This document shows positions 9,402 to 19,700 of a DNA stretch of 64,000 nt, one piece after another (position 1 is the first letter of the stretch; every line of letters starts with the position of its first letter). Below the pieces are notes generated by a model, which was not told the DNA's origin, searched no databases, and saw only the letters and a program-made list of their open reading frames with translations. The stretch comes from Chloroflexaceae bacterium. Lineage in GTDB: Bacteria > Chloroflexota > Chloroflexia > Chloroflexales > Chloroflexaceae. A program made the position numbers and the translations under genes. The stretch is from assembly GCA_034437175.1 (NCBI GenBank), contig DAOTUJ010000155.1:10558-74557 (forward strand), written 5' to 3'.

Positions 9402-10646
9402 CTACTGGCGGGGCCGGCAGTCGCGACTCGGGCGAGCGATGCGGCGGCGCAGGGCACGCAGGCCGCCGAGCGTCGGCATCTGCCGGCGACGTGGCCCCAA
9501 CTCGGTGTATCCCTCCTCGTTCTCCAGCCGATCCAGCAGCAACTCGGCAATCTGATAGGCGCCCTCGCGCGGTACAGCATCTTCCAACCGGCGCACCGTC
9601 GCATGGTAGCGCTGCGGCTCGGCCAGTTCAGCCAGGGCCCGCACAATCTGCTCGCTGGTCGGACAAAACGCGCCCAGGTCACGGTTCAAGACAAAATCGA
9701 TGTTCCCGTGCTCCTGCCTGCCGACCGCCTCGGTGACAATCACCGGCTTGCGCATCACCAGCGCCTCCATCAAGGTACCGGGACCGGCTTTGGTAACGAC
9801 GATGTCGCTGGCCGCCATCAAAGCTTCCATATTGTCGACAAAGCCATAGATATGCATATAGGGATGGCGCACTCGCGCCTTCAATTCCTGGTAGAGTTGG
9901 TGATTTTTGCCGGTCACCACCAGAATCTGCTGTTCACGACAGGCCTGTTCGAGATGCAAGACCTGGTCGCGCAAATTGCCTGAGCCGACACCGCCGCCGG
10001 TCAGCATGATCGTAACGCGATCAGCGGCCAGGTTCAGGTCGCGGCGCGCTTCATCGCGCGATCGAGCGTAGCGCACAAACTTGGGATGCACCGGAAAACC
10101 GGTGCGCAGCATCCGTTCTGCGCGCATGCCGCGCTGAAGCATCAGGCGATAGGCTTCCTGCGTCGGCACCAGGCACAGATCGACCCCCGGATAAGTCCAT
10201 GAAGCATGCAGCGACACCAGGTCGGTCACCACCGTGATCACCTGGATCGGCAAGCGATGCGTGCGGCGCACCGCACAAACCAGCCGGTTGACCAGGGGAT
10301 GGGTAACGACGATCAAATCCGGTTGGGCGGTAATCAACTCGCGGGCCAATTTGCGACGGGCCTGCAAAAAGATCACCCGCGAGAGCGCATCAACCCGGCG
10401 CACGCCGTTCGTCATTTGAAAAGTCAGGTCGTAGACACGCAGCCAGCGGGTCGAAAGCTGATCATAGAGATCAGGCGCATTGCGCACCATCGGCACACCG
10501 GTAGCCCGAAGAACATCGAGGATCGAACAATGCAAAGCATCACCGCGCAATTCTTCCAGCGCGGCACTGATGGCAACGGCCGCACTGCGATGGCCGCCAC
10601 CGGTATCCGAGATGGCAAACAAAATATTGGAGGCTGTTTTAGCCAT
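9402..10646 (-). CDS. GT28 glycosyltransferase, MGDG-synthase-like
   Basis: The N-terminal ILFAISDTGGGHRSAA motif is typical of the MGDG_synth/UgtP N-domain. The C-terminal GT-B nucleotide-sugar half contains VVTKAGPGTLMEAL. Confidence 0.85.
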   Translation of the reverse strand: MAKTASNILFAISDTGGGHRSAAVAISAALEELRGDALHCSILDVLRATGVPMVRNAPDLYDQLSTRWLRVYDLTFQMTNGVRRVDALSRVIFLQARRKLARELITAQPDLIVVTHPLVNRLVCAVRRTHRLPIQVITVVTDLVSLHASWTYPGVDLCLVPTQEAYRLMLQRGMRAERMLRTGFPVHPKFVRYARSRDEARRDLNLAADRVTIMLTGGGVGSGNLRDQVLHLEQACREQQILVVTGKNHQLYQELKARVRHPYMHIYGFVDNMEALMAASDIVVTKAGPGTLMEALVMRKPVIVTEAVGRQEHGNIDFVLNRDLGAFCPTSEQIVRALAELAEPQRYHATVRRLEDAVPREGAYQIAELLLDRLENEEGYTELGPRRRQMPTLGGLRALRRRIARPSRDCRPRQ

Positions 10647-11778
10647 GATTGCGTTCCTTTAGTTCGGAAAGCACCCGAGACGCAATGTCCAGCGCCGCTC
10701 GTGGTCGCGCGACCCGCGCCGCGTTCCAGCGCATCACATCACGCAATTTCGGTTGGGCGAGCAGGCTGCGAGTTGCCCAGGGCACCGCCTCAACCATGCG
10801 CAACTGCATCCCCGCCGCACTGCTGACCACAAAATCAGCATTCCATTCTTCCTGACCCGGGATCGGATCAATCACCAGCAGCGGAACCTGGCGCGCCAGC
10901 ACTTCGCTAATAATCAGACCACCGGCCTTGGTGATGACCAGGTCGCTTGCCACCAGCAAATCGTCGACATAGTCGATATAGCCATGCACCTGAAGCTGCA
11001 TCGCGGCATTCGAGCGCAAATCAGCCAGAGCTTCGTGCAGCGTGGGATTGCGCCCGGCAACAATTTCCAGTTGCCCATCAATGCCGCTCCGCAAAAGACC
11101 GTCGGCAATCAAGCGTACTCGTTCGCTGGACACACCTCCGCCAAACAGAGTAATGACTACAGCATCCGGCGCGAAGCCCAGTTGTCGGCGGATTCGGGTA
11201 CGATCGCCCGGCTCGGCAGCCCGCAAGTCAATCGGAATCCCACTGACACAAATCCGTCGCCTCAGCACCCCGCGGGCGCACAACTGCTCGCGCACCTGCT
11301 CCGAACCAACAAAATAGCCATCGATGGTATCATAGATCCAGAAAGTATGTGCCGCATAATCGGTGACCGTACAGTAGATCGGCGCAGTAAAGCGGGCGGT
11401 GCGCTTGAGCCGCACCAGCAATTCCATCGGCAAAAAATGCGTACAGATAATCGCATCAGGTCGAAAGCTGCGCAGCACCTCCTTCAAGCCATTCGTGCCG
11501 ATACTCTCGACCAGTTTGCGAAAATTATTGCTGATCTCAGCCAGATCCGGGGACGCATCGGTCTGCGCATAAAACATGCCCCAGAGACGCGGCGCATAGT
11601 TCGTCAATTCCAGGTAAGAGCGTTCATAAGCCAGGCGAAACAGGCGTGGCGTATAGTCGAGCACATCTTCGACGCGCACCGCATCAGGCTGCAGGCGTTC
11701 GAAGGCCGCCTGCAGGGCCTCGGCTGCGCGCCGGTGCCCGGTTCCAACTGATGCGTGCAAGAGCAATACCCGTGACAT
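10639..11778 (-). CDS. GT28 glycosyltransferase, MGDG-synthase-like (paralogue)
   Basis: VLLLHASVGTGHRRAAEAL and VITKAGGLIISEVL match the GT28 pattern. It overlaps the downstream paralogue by 8 nt. I start at ATG 11778 (AGGGA SD); alternatives are 11808 and GTG 11895. A TATAAT on the minus strand (11827-11832) suggests its own promoter. Confidence 0.8.
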   Translation of the reverse strand: MSRVLLLHASVGTGHRRAAEALQAAFERLQPDAVRVEDVLDYTPRLFRLAYERSYLELTNYAPRLWGMFYAQTDASPDLAEISNNFRKLVESIGTNGLKEVLRSFRPDAIICTHFLPMELLVRLKRTARFTAPIYCTVTDYAAHTFWIYDTIDGYFVGSEQVREQLCARGVLRRRICVSGIPIDLRAAEPGDRTRIRRQLGFAPDAVVITLFGGGVSSERVRLIADGLLRSGIDGQLEIVAGRNPTLHEALADLRSNAAMQLQVHGYIDYVDDLLVASDLVITKAGGLIISEVLARQVPLLVIDPIPGQEEWNADFVVSSAAGMQLRMVEAVPWATRSLLAQPKLRDVMRWNAARVARPRAALDIASRVLSELKERNHG

Positions 11779-11904
11779 ATGTTCCCTATTATTACCATTG
11801 CTGGCCATGCTTTCCGTATCAACGCCATTATACACAGAAAGCGGAACTATTTGTCGCTGGATGGAAACCGCAGCGCCATAGCCAGGCGGCGTCACAGCGC
11901 TGCA

Positions 11905-12693
11905 CTACCGAGCCGGGAGCAGCGCGTGCAGGCTCTCGAGGACAAAATCGGGCTGGTGGGCCGCCGTCGCCAGGTCTTCCCGCCGGCCGGCGCCGGTCAA
12001 CACAAAGGCGGTAGTCATGCCGGCAATCGCGCCCATGGCAATGTCGGTCTCGAGGCGATCGCCAATCATCAGGCAATCCTGTGGGGCCAGGCCGATCAGC
12101 GTGCTGATGGTACGCGCCATAATCGGCGAGGGCTTGCCGACCACCAGCTCGCAGCAGGCGCCGGTGCAGGCCTCGATGGCCGCAATCACGGCCGCCGCAT
12201 CGGGCTGGCCGCCGCCGGGCACCGGACAAAAGCGATCGGCATTAGTCGCAATGAGCCGTGCCCCGGCCCGAATCGCATCGAAAGACACCTGGAGTTTATG
12301 GTAATCGAAACTACGATCAAAGGACGCTATTACATAATCGATCCGCTGCGCATCCTCGCTCAACGCGAAGCCGGCAGCACGCAATTCGCCAATCAGCGCC
12401 GCCTCGCCGACAACGAAGAGCACGGCCTGCGGCGCATGTGCCCGCAGCCACTCGACCATCACATACGAGGAGTTGACGATTTCCGCCGGGTCGCCACCCA
12501 GCCCGAGCCGGGCCAGCTTCGCGGCATATTCCCGGCGCGTACGCGTCGGGTTGTTCGAGAGAAAGGCCAGCCGGCGACCGGATGCCCGGATCGCGGCAAT
12601 CAACTCGGCCGCACCTGGAAGCACTGTATCGCCCAGGTACACGGTTCCGTCGAGATCAAAAATATAACCGGGATAGGCAGAAAGAGTATTCAT
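11905..12693 (-). CDS. HAD-superfamily hydrolase, subfamily IIA (NagD/PNPase-like)
   Basis: The HAD motif I is YIFDLDGTVY, followed by FLSNNPTR and a C-terminal GDRLETDI motif. Confidence 0.85.
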   Translation of the reverse strand: MNTLSAYPGYIFDLDGTVYLGDTVLPGAAELIAAIRASGRRLAFLSNNPTRTRREYAAKLARLGLGGDPAEIVNSSYVMVEWLRAHAPQAVLFVVGEAALIGELRAAGFALSEDAQRIDYVIASFDRSFDYHKLQVSFDAIRAGARLIATNADRFCPVPGGGQPDAAAVIAAIEACTGACCELVVGKPSPIMARTISTLIGLAPQDCLMIGDRLETDIAMGAIAGMTTAFVLTGAGRREDLATAAHQPDFVLESLHALLPAR

Positions 12694-12694
12694 A

Positions 12695-13132
12695 TTATGT
12701 TAAAAACTGTTGGACAACCTCGCGCAACTGGCTAATAGAGAGTGGCTTGAACAGAAAGGCCGAAGCTCCGGCGGCCAGCAGAACATTCCTGGCCGTAATA
12801 TCCGCCGAAATCATAACCACCGGTATCTGACTGATCAGGCGTAGCTGCCGAAGCAACTCCAGCCCACTCATCTGCGGCATCCAATGATCGCTGATGATCA
12901 AATCGGCACCGCCCTGCTCAAAATTCGCCAGTGCCTCCTGACCATTCTCCACAACACACAACTCGGCATCAGGCACAATCCGCCCCATCACCCGATGCAG
13001 GAAATTTCGCACATCGGGATCATCCTCGACCAGAATGATCCGCAAACCATTGCCCACAACCTGAACCGGCTGGCCGGTGGCAAATTGTGGATGCGCTACC
13101 GGCCCCACCAGGATGCTACGCTTCATGATCAT
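12695..13132 (-). CDS. single-domain CheY-like response regulator
   Basis: RIILVEDDPD...DLIISDHWMPQMSG...VVMISAD...FLFKP is a receiver domain. The start is taken at MIMKRS (GGGAG SD). The track ORF extends to 13438 with non-receiver sequence. The stop lies 1 nt from the HAD gene start. Confidence 0.8.
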   Translation of the reverse strand: MIMKRSILVGPVAHPQFATGQPVQVVGNGLRIILVEDDPDVRNFLHRVMGRIVPDAELCVVENGQEALANFEQGGADLIISDHWMPQMSGLELLRQLRLISQIPVVMISADITARNVLLAAGASAFLFKPLSISQLREVVQQFLT

Positions 13133-13147
13133 TTGCTCCCAGACCGC

Positions 13148-13175
13148 TTGACGTATGCCGCAGGGGTGGTATATT
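13148..13175 (+). promoter_or_regulatory. candidate promoter of the HerA-like gene
   Basis: TTGACG (13148-13153), 16-nt spacer, TATATT (13170-13175). Confidence 0.35.
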
Positions 13176-13207
13176 TGTGCTACCATCCGGAATGAACGGG
13201 AGCAAAT

Positions 13208-14818
13208 ATGGCTGCAATCCACCGAAATCGGCTCGGCGTCGTCACCGCCGGATCGCTGATTGAAGGGCTGACTGCCCGCCTCGAATCCCGCGAAAGCGTG
13301 GAAGATATGCGTGTCGGCAAATTTGTGGTGATCCAGGGCGAAAAACACGAGTTCTTCTCCATGATTACCGATGTCGTGCTCGAAGCAACCAACCAGAAAG
13401 TCCTGATTGATCCACCCAACGGCGATCCTTTTGTCCACGAAGTGCTGGCCGGCACTTCAACATATGGTACCGTCTCGCTCAGCCCGCGCCTGATGCTACC
13501 GAGCGACCTGGAAGAAGGCCTGTTGCCGGTGAAAACGGTGCCCCGCCATTTTTCACCGGTCTTCGAGGCCGGCGAAGATGATTTCGGGCGCGTCTTCGGC
13601 AGTGCCGGCGGCAACCGCTTTGAAATCGGGCGCCCCCTCGATATGGACGTACCGGTCTGCCTCAATCTCGACCGCTTCGTCGAGCGCAGCAACGGCATCT
13701 TCGGCAAAAGCGGTACCGGCAAGAGCTTTCTGACCCGCCTGCTGCTCTGTGGCTGTATTTCGGCCAATGTTGCCAGCAACCTGATCTTCGATATGCACAG
13801 CGAATATGGCTGGGATGCTCACGCTGAAGAGCGCAATTTCGTCAAGGGGCTGCGCCAGTTGTTCGGCAGCGATGTGCTGGTCTACACGCTCGATCCCGAG
13901 GCCGGCCACCGACGCCCCTACGACGGCGAAGTGTTGATCGGGCTCGACCAGATCGAAGTTGAAGACATCGTCACCCTGGAACAGGAATTGAACTTGAGCA
14001 GCACCGCCACCGAGTCATCGTTTCTGCTCTACGACCGGTTCAAGGGCGAGTGGCTGCGACGCCTGCTGGAGATGAATGGCGAAGCCATCAAGGAGTTTGC
14101 CGAGAGCAGCGGTGCTCACGCCGGGGCCATCGGGGCGCTGAAACGCAAACTGAGCCAGATCCGCCGGCTGGCCTTCGTCCGCGATACCGCCGATTTTTCG
14201 GTCATCGACCGCATGATCGACAGCCTGGCTGCCGGGCGTCACGTCGTGCTGGAATTCGGCAGCCACAACAACAGCCTGGTTTACATGCTGGTCGCCAATA
14301 TTATCACGCGCCGCATTCACCGGCGCTGGGTCGAGCAAACCGAACGTTACATCCATTCCAAAAACACCGCCGATCAACCCCGCCAATTGATGATCACCAT
14401 CGAAGAGGCGCATAAATTCCTTAATCCGCACACTGCCCGCCAGACGATCTTCGGTACGATTGCCCGCGAGATGCGCAAGTACAGTGTCACACTGCTGGTT
14501 GTAGATCAGCGCCCTTCGTCCATTGATGCAGAAGTGATGAGCCAGATCGGAACGCGGATTACGGCGCTGCTCAACGACGACAAAGATATCGATGCAATCT
14601 TTACCGGCGTCAGCGGCAGTAGCGGGTTGAAAGCGGTGCTGGCCAGCCTGGACTCGCGACAGCAGGCGCTGATCCTTGGCCATGCCGTGCCCATGCCGGT
14701 CGTGGTACGTACCCGCGCCTACGATGAGTCATTTTACCACGCAGTTGGTCGTTTCGCTGAATACTCACCCGCCGGCCGGCGCGAAGCCCGGACCGAGGTC
14801 GATGAACTGTTTGGTTAA
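13208..14818 (+). CDS. HerA/DUF87-type FtsK-like ATPase
   Basis: The N-terminus looks like a HAS-barrel (VGKFVVIQGEKHEFFSMITDV). Walker A is GIFGKSGTGKSF and Walker B-like is TLLVVDQRPSSID. The SD is GGGAG. Confidence 0.8.
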   Translation: MAAIHRNRLGVVTAGSLIEGLTARLESRESVEDMRVGKFVVIQGEKHEFFSMITDVVLEATNQKVLIDPPNGDPFVHEVLAGTSTYGTVSLSPRLMLPSDLEEGLLPVKTVPRHFSPVFEAGEDDFGRVFGSAGGNRFEIGRPLDMDVPVCLNLDRFVERSNGIFGKSGTGKSFLTRLLLCGCISANVASNLIFDMHSEYGWDAHAEERNFVKGLRQLFGSDVLVYTLDPEAGHRRPYDGEVLIGLDQIEVEDIVTLEQELNLSSTATESSFLLYDRFKGEWLRRLLEMNGEAIKEFAESSGAHAGAIGALKRKLSQIRRLAFVRDTADFSVIDRMIDSLAAGRHVVLEFGSHNNSLVYMLVANIITRRIHRRWVEQTERYIHSKNTADQPRQLMITIEEAHKFLNPHTARQTIFGTIAREMRKYSVTLLVVDQRPSSIDAEVMSQIGTRITALLNDDKDIDAIFTGVSGSSGLKAVLASLDSRQQALILGHAVPMPVVVRTRAYDESFYHAVGRFAEYSPAGRREARTEVDELFG

Positions 14819-14864
14819 AAACACCCATTGCGGCGCAAACAACCACGCGACTGCACCGGTCATG

Positions 14865-15608
14865 TTATGCGAGCGACGCGCCGGCGGCTGCGTCCAGCAG
14901 CCAGATGAGCCGGCCCTGCGGTGCCTGAATGAACTGGGCCGGTCGGCGCCGCGGCTCCGCCGGCCCCTGCAAGACATCTCGCACCATTTCGGCTTTGTCG
15001 GCGCCGGCCACCAGGAACATGGCTATGCCGACCCGGTTCAGCGCCGCGATTGTCAATGTCAGGCGGCGCGGCGGCGGCTTCGGCGAACCATCAATTGCGA
15101 TCACCAGTTGGCCTGCCGGAGCGTCCAGGCCGGGATGTTCCGGGAAGAGCGAGGCGGTATGGCCATCCGGCCCCATTCCCATGATCGCGATGTCGATCCG
15201 GAACTCGGCATTGCCGGCCAGCCGGCGCAACTGCTGCTCGTAGCCCGCCGCAGCCTGGGCCGGATCGCCGGCACTGGTCGGCATCGGCAGGATCTGGTCG
15301 GCCGGGATAGGCACATGGTCGAGCAGCGTCTCACGCGCCATCCGATAGTTGCTCTCGGGATCAGTGTGCGGAACATAGCGCTCGTCACCCCAGATCACGT
15401 ACATATGCTGCCAGGGGATCCGATCACGCAATGGCGTCGCCGCCAGCCGCTGGTGCAGGCCACGCGGTGTGCTGCCGCCCGAGAGCGCAATAATGCAGCG
15501 TCCACGCGCCGCCACTGCCTGCCGCATGTCCTCCGCCACGCGCTCGGCAGCCGCCTGCTGTAGCACCGCCGGGTTCGCAAAAACCACAACCTCGCGATTC
15601 GTTGCCAT
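14865..15608 (-). CDS. pgl: 6-phosphogluconolactonase
   Basis: ALSGGSTPRGL...WGDERYVP...GMGPDGHTASLFP are hallmark Pgl/NagB-fold motifs. The SD is GGAGGAG. Confidence 0.9.
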   Translation of the reverse strand: MATNREVVVFANPAVLQQAAAERVAEDMRQAVAARGRCIIALSGGSTPRGLHQRLAATPLRDRIPWQHMYVIWGDERYVPHTDPESNYRMARETLLDHVPIPADQILPMPTSAGDPAQAAAGYEQQLRRLAGNAEFRIDIAIMGMGPDGHTASLFPEHPGLDAPAGQLVIAIDGSPKPPPRRLTLTIAALNRVGIAMFLVAGADKAEMVRDVLQGPAEPRRRPAQFIQAPQGRLIWLLDAAAGASLA

Positions 15609-15685
15609 GGGCTCCTCCCAACTCTACCAGAAGGCAGCAGGCCCGATGTTGCTTGCAAGCAATACCGGGCCTGCTGCGATGGGCT

Positions 15686-16681
15686 TCATACTGTGGCCAG
15701 CAATTGTTGTGCCCGCGCCAGCGCCGCCGCATGCGGCTCAGCCCGAGCGTAACGCCGGCAGGCGCTCCAATAACAGCTACAAAGCTCCATCAGCCGCAGT
15801 CGCGCCACCTGGGCCGGCGTCAGTGCGCCCATACTCACATAGCCTTCCATCAACCCCCGGCGCCAGGCCTCCGGTAGGGTCGGATCCAGTGCCTGCGCCA
15901 GGTCGAACATGGCATCGCCGCCAATGCAGGCTCCCGGCTCCACCAGCGCCTCGATTTGTGGATGCTCGCCAATCGTGCAGAAAATCGTTTCCGGTGCGAG
16001 CGCCCCGTGGATCAGCGTCGGCACTTCCGGTTCCAGGCGCGGATCCGCCAGCAGGCTCGCCATGCATGCCCGCTCGGCTTCACTGAACAGCATCGCATCG
16101 GTTGGCGGACTGCCATCGCGTGCATGGGCGGCAGTCAGCACCGCCCGCCAGTTTTCGCACGGCCAGTGTCGCAAATTAGCCGCCGGGCGCCCCCAACCTG
16201 CCGCCCGTACCCGGTGCATGCGCCGCAACACCCGCCCGAGTTGCCGGCCCAGGCTGCGCAACTGGTGCGCCTCGCTTACCCGGCTGGCCCGACTGCCCGC
16301 TGCATAACTCTCGATAGTATAATGACAGGGTAGCGTCGCGCTGCTCAAATCGTACTGAATGATCCGCACCGCCGGCAACTGCGCCGCCGTCATCGCCCGC
16401 CCAAAATACACTTCGCCGGCCAGTTCGCACTCCGGCGCCAGGCGCAGCACCACATGCTCCAGCGGCGAACTGATCCGCACCAGAATATGGCGCTGGCTCT
16501 CATCGAGCAGTGTCACCCCTTCAGGCCGCATATTCAATTCACGCACCACCACCTCGACGTACTCGTCCAGTCGCGCCCAGACCCGCCGCCAGGCATCGCT
16601 GTAGCCCGATTCTTCCTCCGGCAGCTGCCGGCTTAACGTCTGTTCAAGCATACACTCAAAAAAATGTTCGTATGCAATCAT
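15686..16681 (-). CDS. phosphotransferase (APH/choline-kinase-like) family protein
   Basis: The layout is kinase-like, with LIHGALAPETI in the Brenner/catalytic-loop position and a following D-containing segment. The substrate is unknown. Confidence 0.65.
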   Translation of the reverse strand: MIAYEHFFECMLEQTLSRQLPEEESGYSDAWRRVWARLDEYVEVVVRELNMRPEGVTLLDESQRHILVRISSPLEHVVLRLAPECELAGEVYFGRAMTAAQLPAVRIIQYDLSSATLPCHYTIESYAAGSRASRVSEAHQLRSLGRQLGRVLRRMHRVRAAGWGRPAANLRHWPCENWRAVLTAAHARDGSPPTDAMLFSEAERACMASLLADPRLEPEVPTLIHGALAPETIFCTIGEHPQIEALVEPGACIGGDAMFDLAQALDPTLPEAWRRGLMEGYVSMGALTPAQVARLRLMELCSCYWSACRRYARAEPHAAALARAQQLLATV

Positions 16682-16741
16682 CGCTGCAACTGCAACGATG
16701 ATTGCACACGAACCCTTTCTCGCACTGCCGGTGCCATCGAG

Positions 16742-19700
16742 CTACTCACTTTGCACGGCCGGCAAATCAAAACGCAGCACCCGGTTGCTCTGCCGATCCA
16801 CCACATAAACTTCGCCGCCCGGTGCGACTGCGATGCCGCTCGGCGAATTGAGCGCCGCCAGGTCGTCGCCGGCGCCGCCCCAGCGTAGCAACGTCTCGCC
16901 GCGCAAATTAGCCGCCAGCACTTCGCTGCGGCTGGGAATGCTGACGTAGACCTGACCGGAGGGCGACACATCCAGCGAAGGGTCATCGTAGGTATTCGGC
17001 TGCCAGCCGCGCACGCGCCAGGTCGCGATCGGCACCGGCGAGACCTGGCCGTTGCCCTGCGGTGCAAAGATCTGCACCCGCCCGTTCCAGGTATCCGCCA
17101 CATACAGATTGCCCTGCGCATCAACGGCCACACCGGTCGGCTCATTGAACGCACCCGGCTCATTGCCGGCATAGCCGAACTGGTACCGGAAATTGCCCTC
17201 ACCATCGGTCACCACAATGCGCTTGTTGCCAGTGTCTGCGATATAGACATTGCCCTGCGCATCAACGGCCATGCCGCGCGGCCCGAAAAAGCCCAGGGGT
17301 GCAGCGGCATTACCGGCTACCGTGCCGTCGGTAATCGTCGCCCGCCGGCCCTCGGGCAGTTCTTCGCCGCCGCTGCCCCAACTCGCCAGCCAGTTGCCCT
17401 CCGGATCGTACTTGACGATCCGCGCATTCCAGGTATCGGCGACATAAAGGTTGTCTTCGGCATCGGTGACCAGGCCACGCGGCTCATAAAAATCGCTGCG
17501 CCCACTGCCCTGGCCACCCATCGTGCGCAGCAGCCGGCCCTCAGCATCATAGACCTGAATACGATGATTGCCGGTATCCGCCACATAGACCTGCCCGCGG
17601 CTATCGACCGTCGCGCCGGTAGGACTGGTCAATTCAGCCGGATCACCCAGGCTCTGCTCAGCCAGCAGGCGCAATCGAGCGCCGTTGCTACTACTCTCGG
17701 CAGCAACATTAACCAGGGTCGTACCAGCCATCAGATCCTGGCGAATCCAGACTTCCATCTCGCGGGCGCCGGGCACCAGCGGATAGGGCAATTCGCGATA
17801 GATGACATAGTTCGTCATCCAGCCCCAGTTATCCGGCAAGAAGGGCCAGAGCAGCGGCATCAACGGGTGGTACACCTCGTCCGAAATGTCGCGCCCGCAA
17901 TCGTCGCCGTTTTCCGGGTCATAGTATTCGCTCACCGGCATCAGGCTATGATAGTAGAATCGCTTATAGCCGGGGCTCTGCGGCGAGCACTTATCACCCT
18001 CGGGAAACCACCAGTTGAAAACACCGCCGGCACCGTAGGGCTGCACATAGTTCTCTTGCAATGCGGCGCGCACATCCGATGTCACCGTCGGCTTCGCGAG
18101 CATCACGACCGGCGCCAGTTCCATCGAACCATCGGGCATCTGCACCTCGAAGGTCTCCGGCACCGGATTCTCGCGCACATTGTCGGAATTCTTCCAGTTG
18201 ATGCGATTGAAATCGCGCAAATACCACTGGATCGGCCAGGCCAGCGAGCCGTCGCCGTTCTCGCCGCCGCCATCCAGAATGATCGGCATCGACAGGCCGC
18301 CGGCTACATCTTCGCTACTGCGCTGGTTGCGCGTCAGGTTGATCGCCAGCTCGCGCACATCGCGCACATAGCGCGGCACATCCGGCGACGTCTGCGTATA
18401 AATCATCGGCTCAATCGGCACATCCGGATGCGCATAGACCACCTGCCAGCTCGCTCGCAGCGTATACGCCCCCAGAAACACCGTCAGCGTCAATGCAATC
18501 GCCGCCAGCATCAGCCGCCAGGTGGTTCGTTGAGCCAGGCCGAGCAAGATATAGATCAGCACACCGGACACCGCCAGCGGCACCAGACCCTGCAAAAGAT
18601 TGGTCTGCCCTTCCAGCCCGACCGCATTATTGTTGAAACGCCAGATTGCCACCACCAGCGCCAGCAGCGCCAGCGTAAAGACCAGCGGGATGAACCAGAT
18701 CAGCCGCGGCTCGACAGCCGGCCGGCTACGCTCGGGATCCTGCGGCAAATCAGGATCGGGCGTCAGCAGATTAAGCAAGCGCCCGAGCACCCAGGCCGCC
18801 AGCAGATTGCCCGGCAGCGCCATATGTACCAGCAACCACGGCATCTTCTCACCGGCCCAGGAAAAGATAATCGTCGCCGTAAAGAACCAGAACACCAGCA
18901 GCAGCGGCACCAGGTGCATTTGAAACGGGCGCGTCTCGCGCTGCGCCGAACCAGCCGGTTCGACACCGTTCGCCTGTGCCGCCAGTTCTGCCAACTCCTC
19001 AGTGCTCAACTCGTCGGTCGCTTTTGTCGCCGGCAACCCCGTTGGCTGCGCTGCTTCACTGACCGGCGCGACCGCCCGCTGTTCGCGCCGGATCTGCAGC
19101 GTCTGCCGAGTCACCTGGCTGACCAGAAAAACGACCATGCCCAGGCCCGCCAGGACGGCCAGCGGCTCATACAGCGGCAACAGCATCAGGTAGTAGTACC
19201 AGGGCTGGTCGCCGCGGGCAAAATCCTGCTGCGTACCAAGCCAGTAGGCCAGCCCGGCATACAGTCCATCAAAGAAACCACGTGGGTAAGCAAAAAAGGT
19301 CGTATAGAGCACCGTATAAGTACCGACCAGAATAGCCAGCGCCACCCAGAGCGAACTGCGATCCTCGGCCCACAACCAGCGCAGCCGCTCGGTCAAAATC
19401 GGCCGCGGATCCCAGAGCCGCTGGCACATCCAGACCAGCAGCAGCGCCGAAGCCACCAGGAAAGCCTTCTCGCCGACATAGAGCCCGACCCCAATCGGCA
19501 GCGGCGGGTTGATCACCATAAACAGCACACAGATGCCCAGCACTATCAACAGGCCGATATTGAGACGGGCGGCAAAGCGGCTCTCGGCAATCAGGCGCAA
19601 CAGCACGAAAATCCCGAAAATGAAGAACAGGATATAATACAGCTCGTGGGTAGCGATCGCCAGCGCCACACTCAGCGCCGTCAGGTACAACCAGCCGGGC

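Noticed and set aside
13133-13438. N-terminal extension of the CheY-like ORF (track 12695..13438). Similar extensions occur on 3887..6040, 6175.., 54825..56180, 52079..54604, 50621..52021 and 58196...
   Set aside because: In each case the conserved domain starts at an internal Met with a better SD, and the extension runs into promoter or intergenic sequence.
13208-14818. HerA-like ATPase as part of an anti-phage defence island.
   Set aside because: There is no adjacent effector (Sir2, DUF4297, nuclease). The neighbours are housekeeping (pgl, glycolipid synthesis). No mobile-element or defence genes lie nearby. It is kept only as a low-interest orphan observation.
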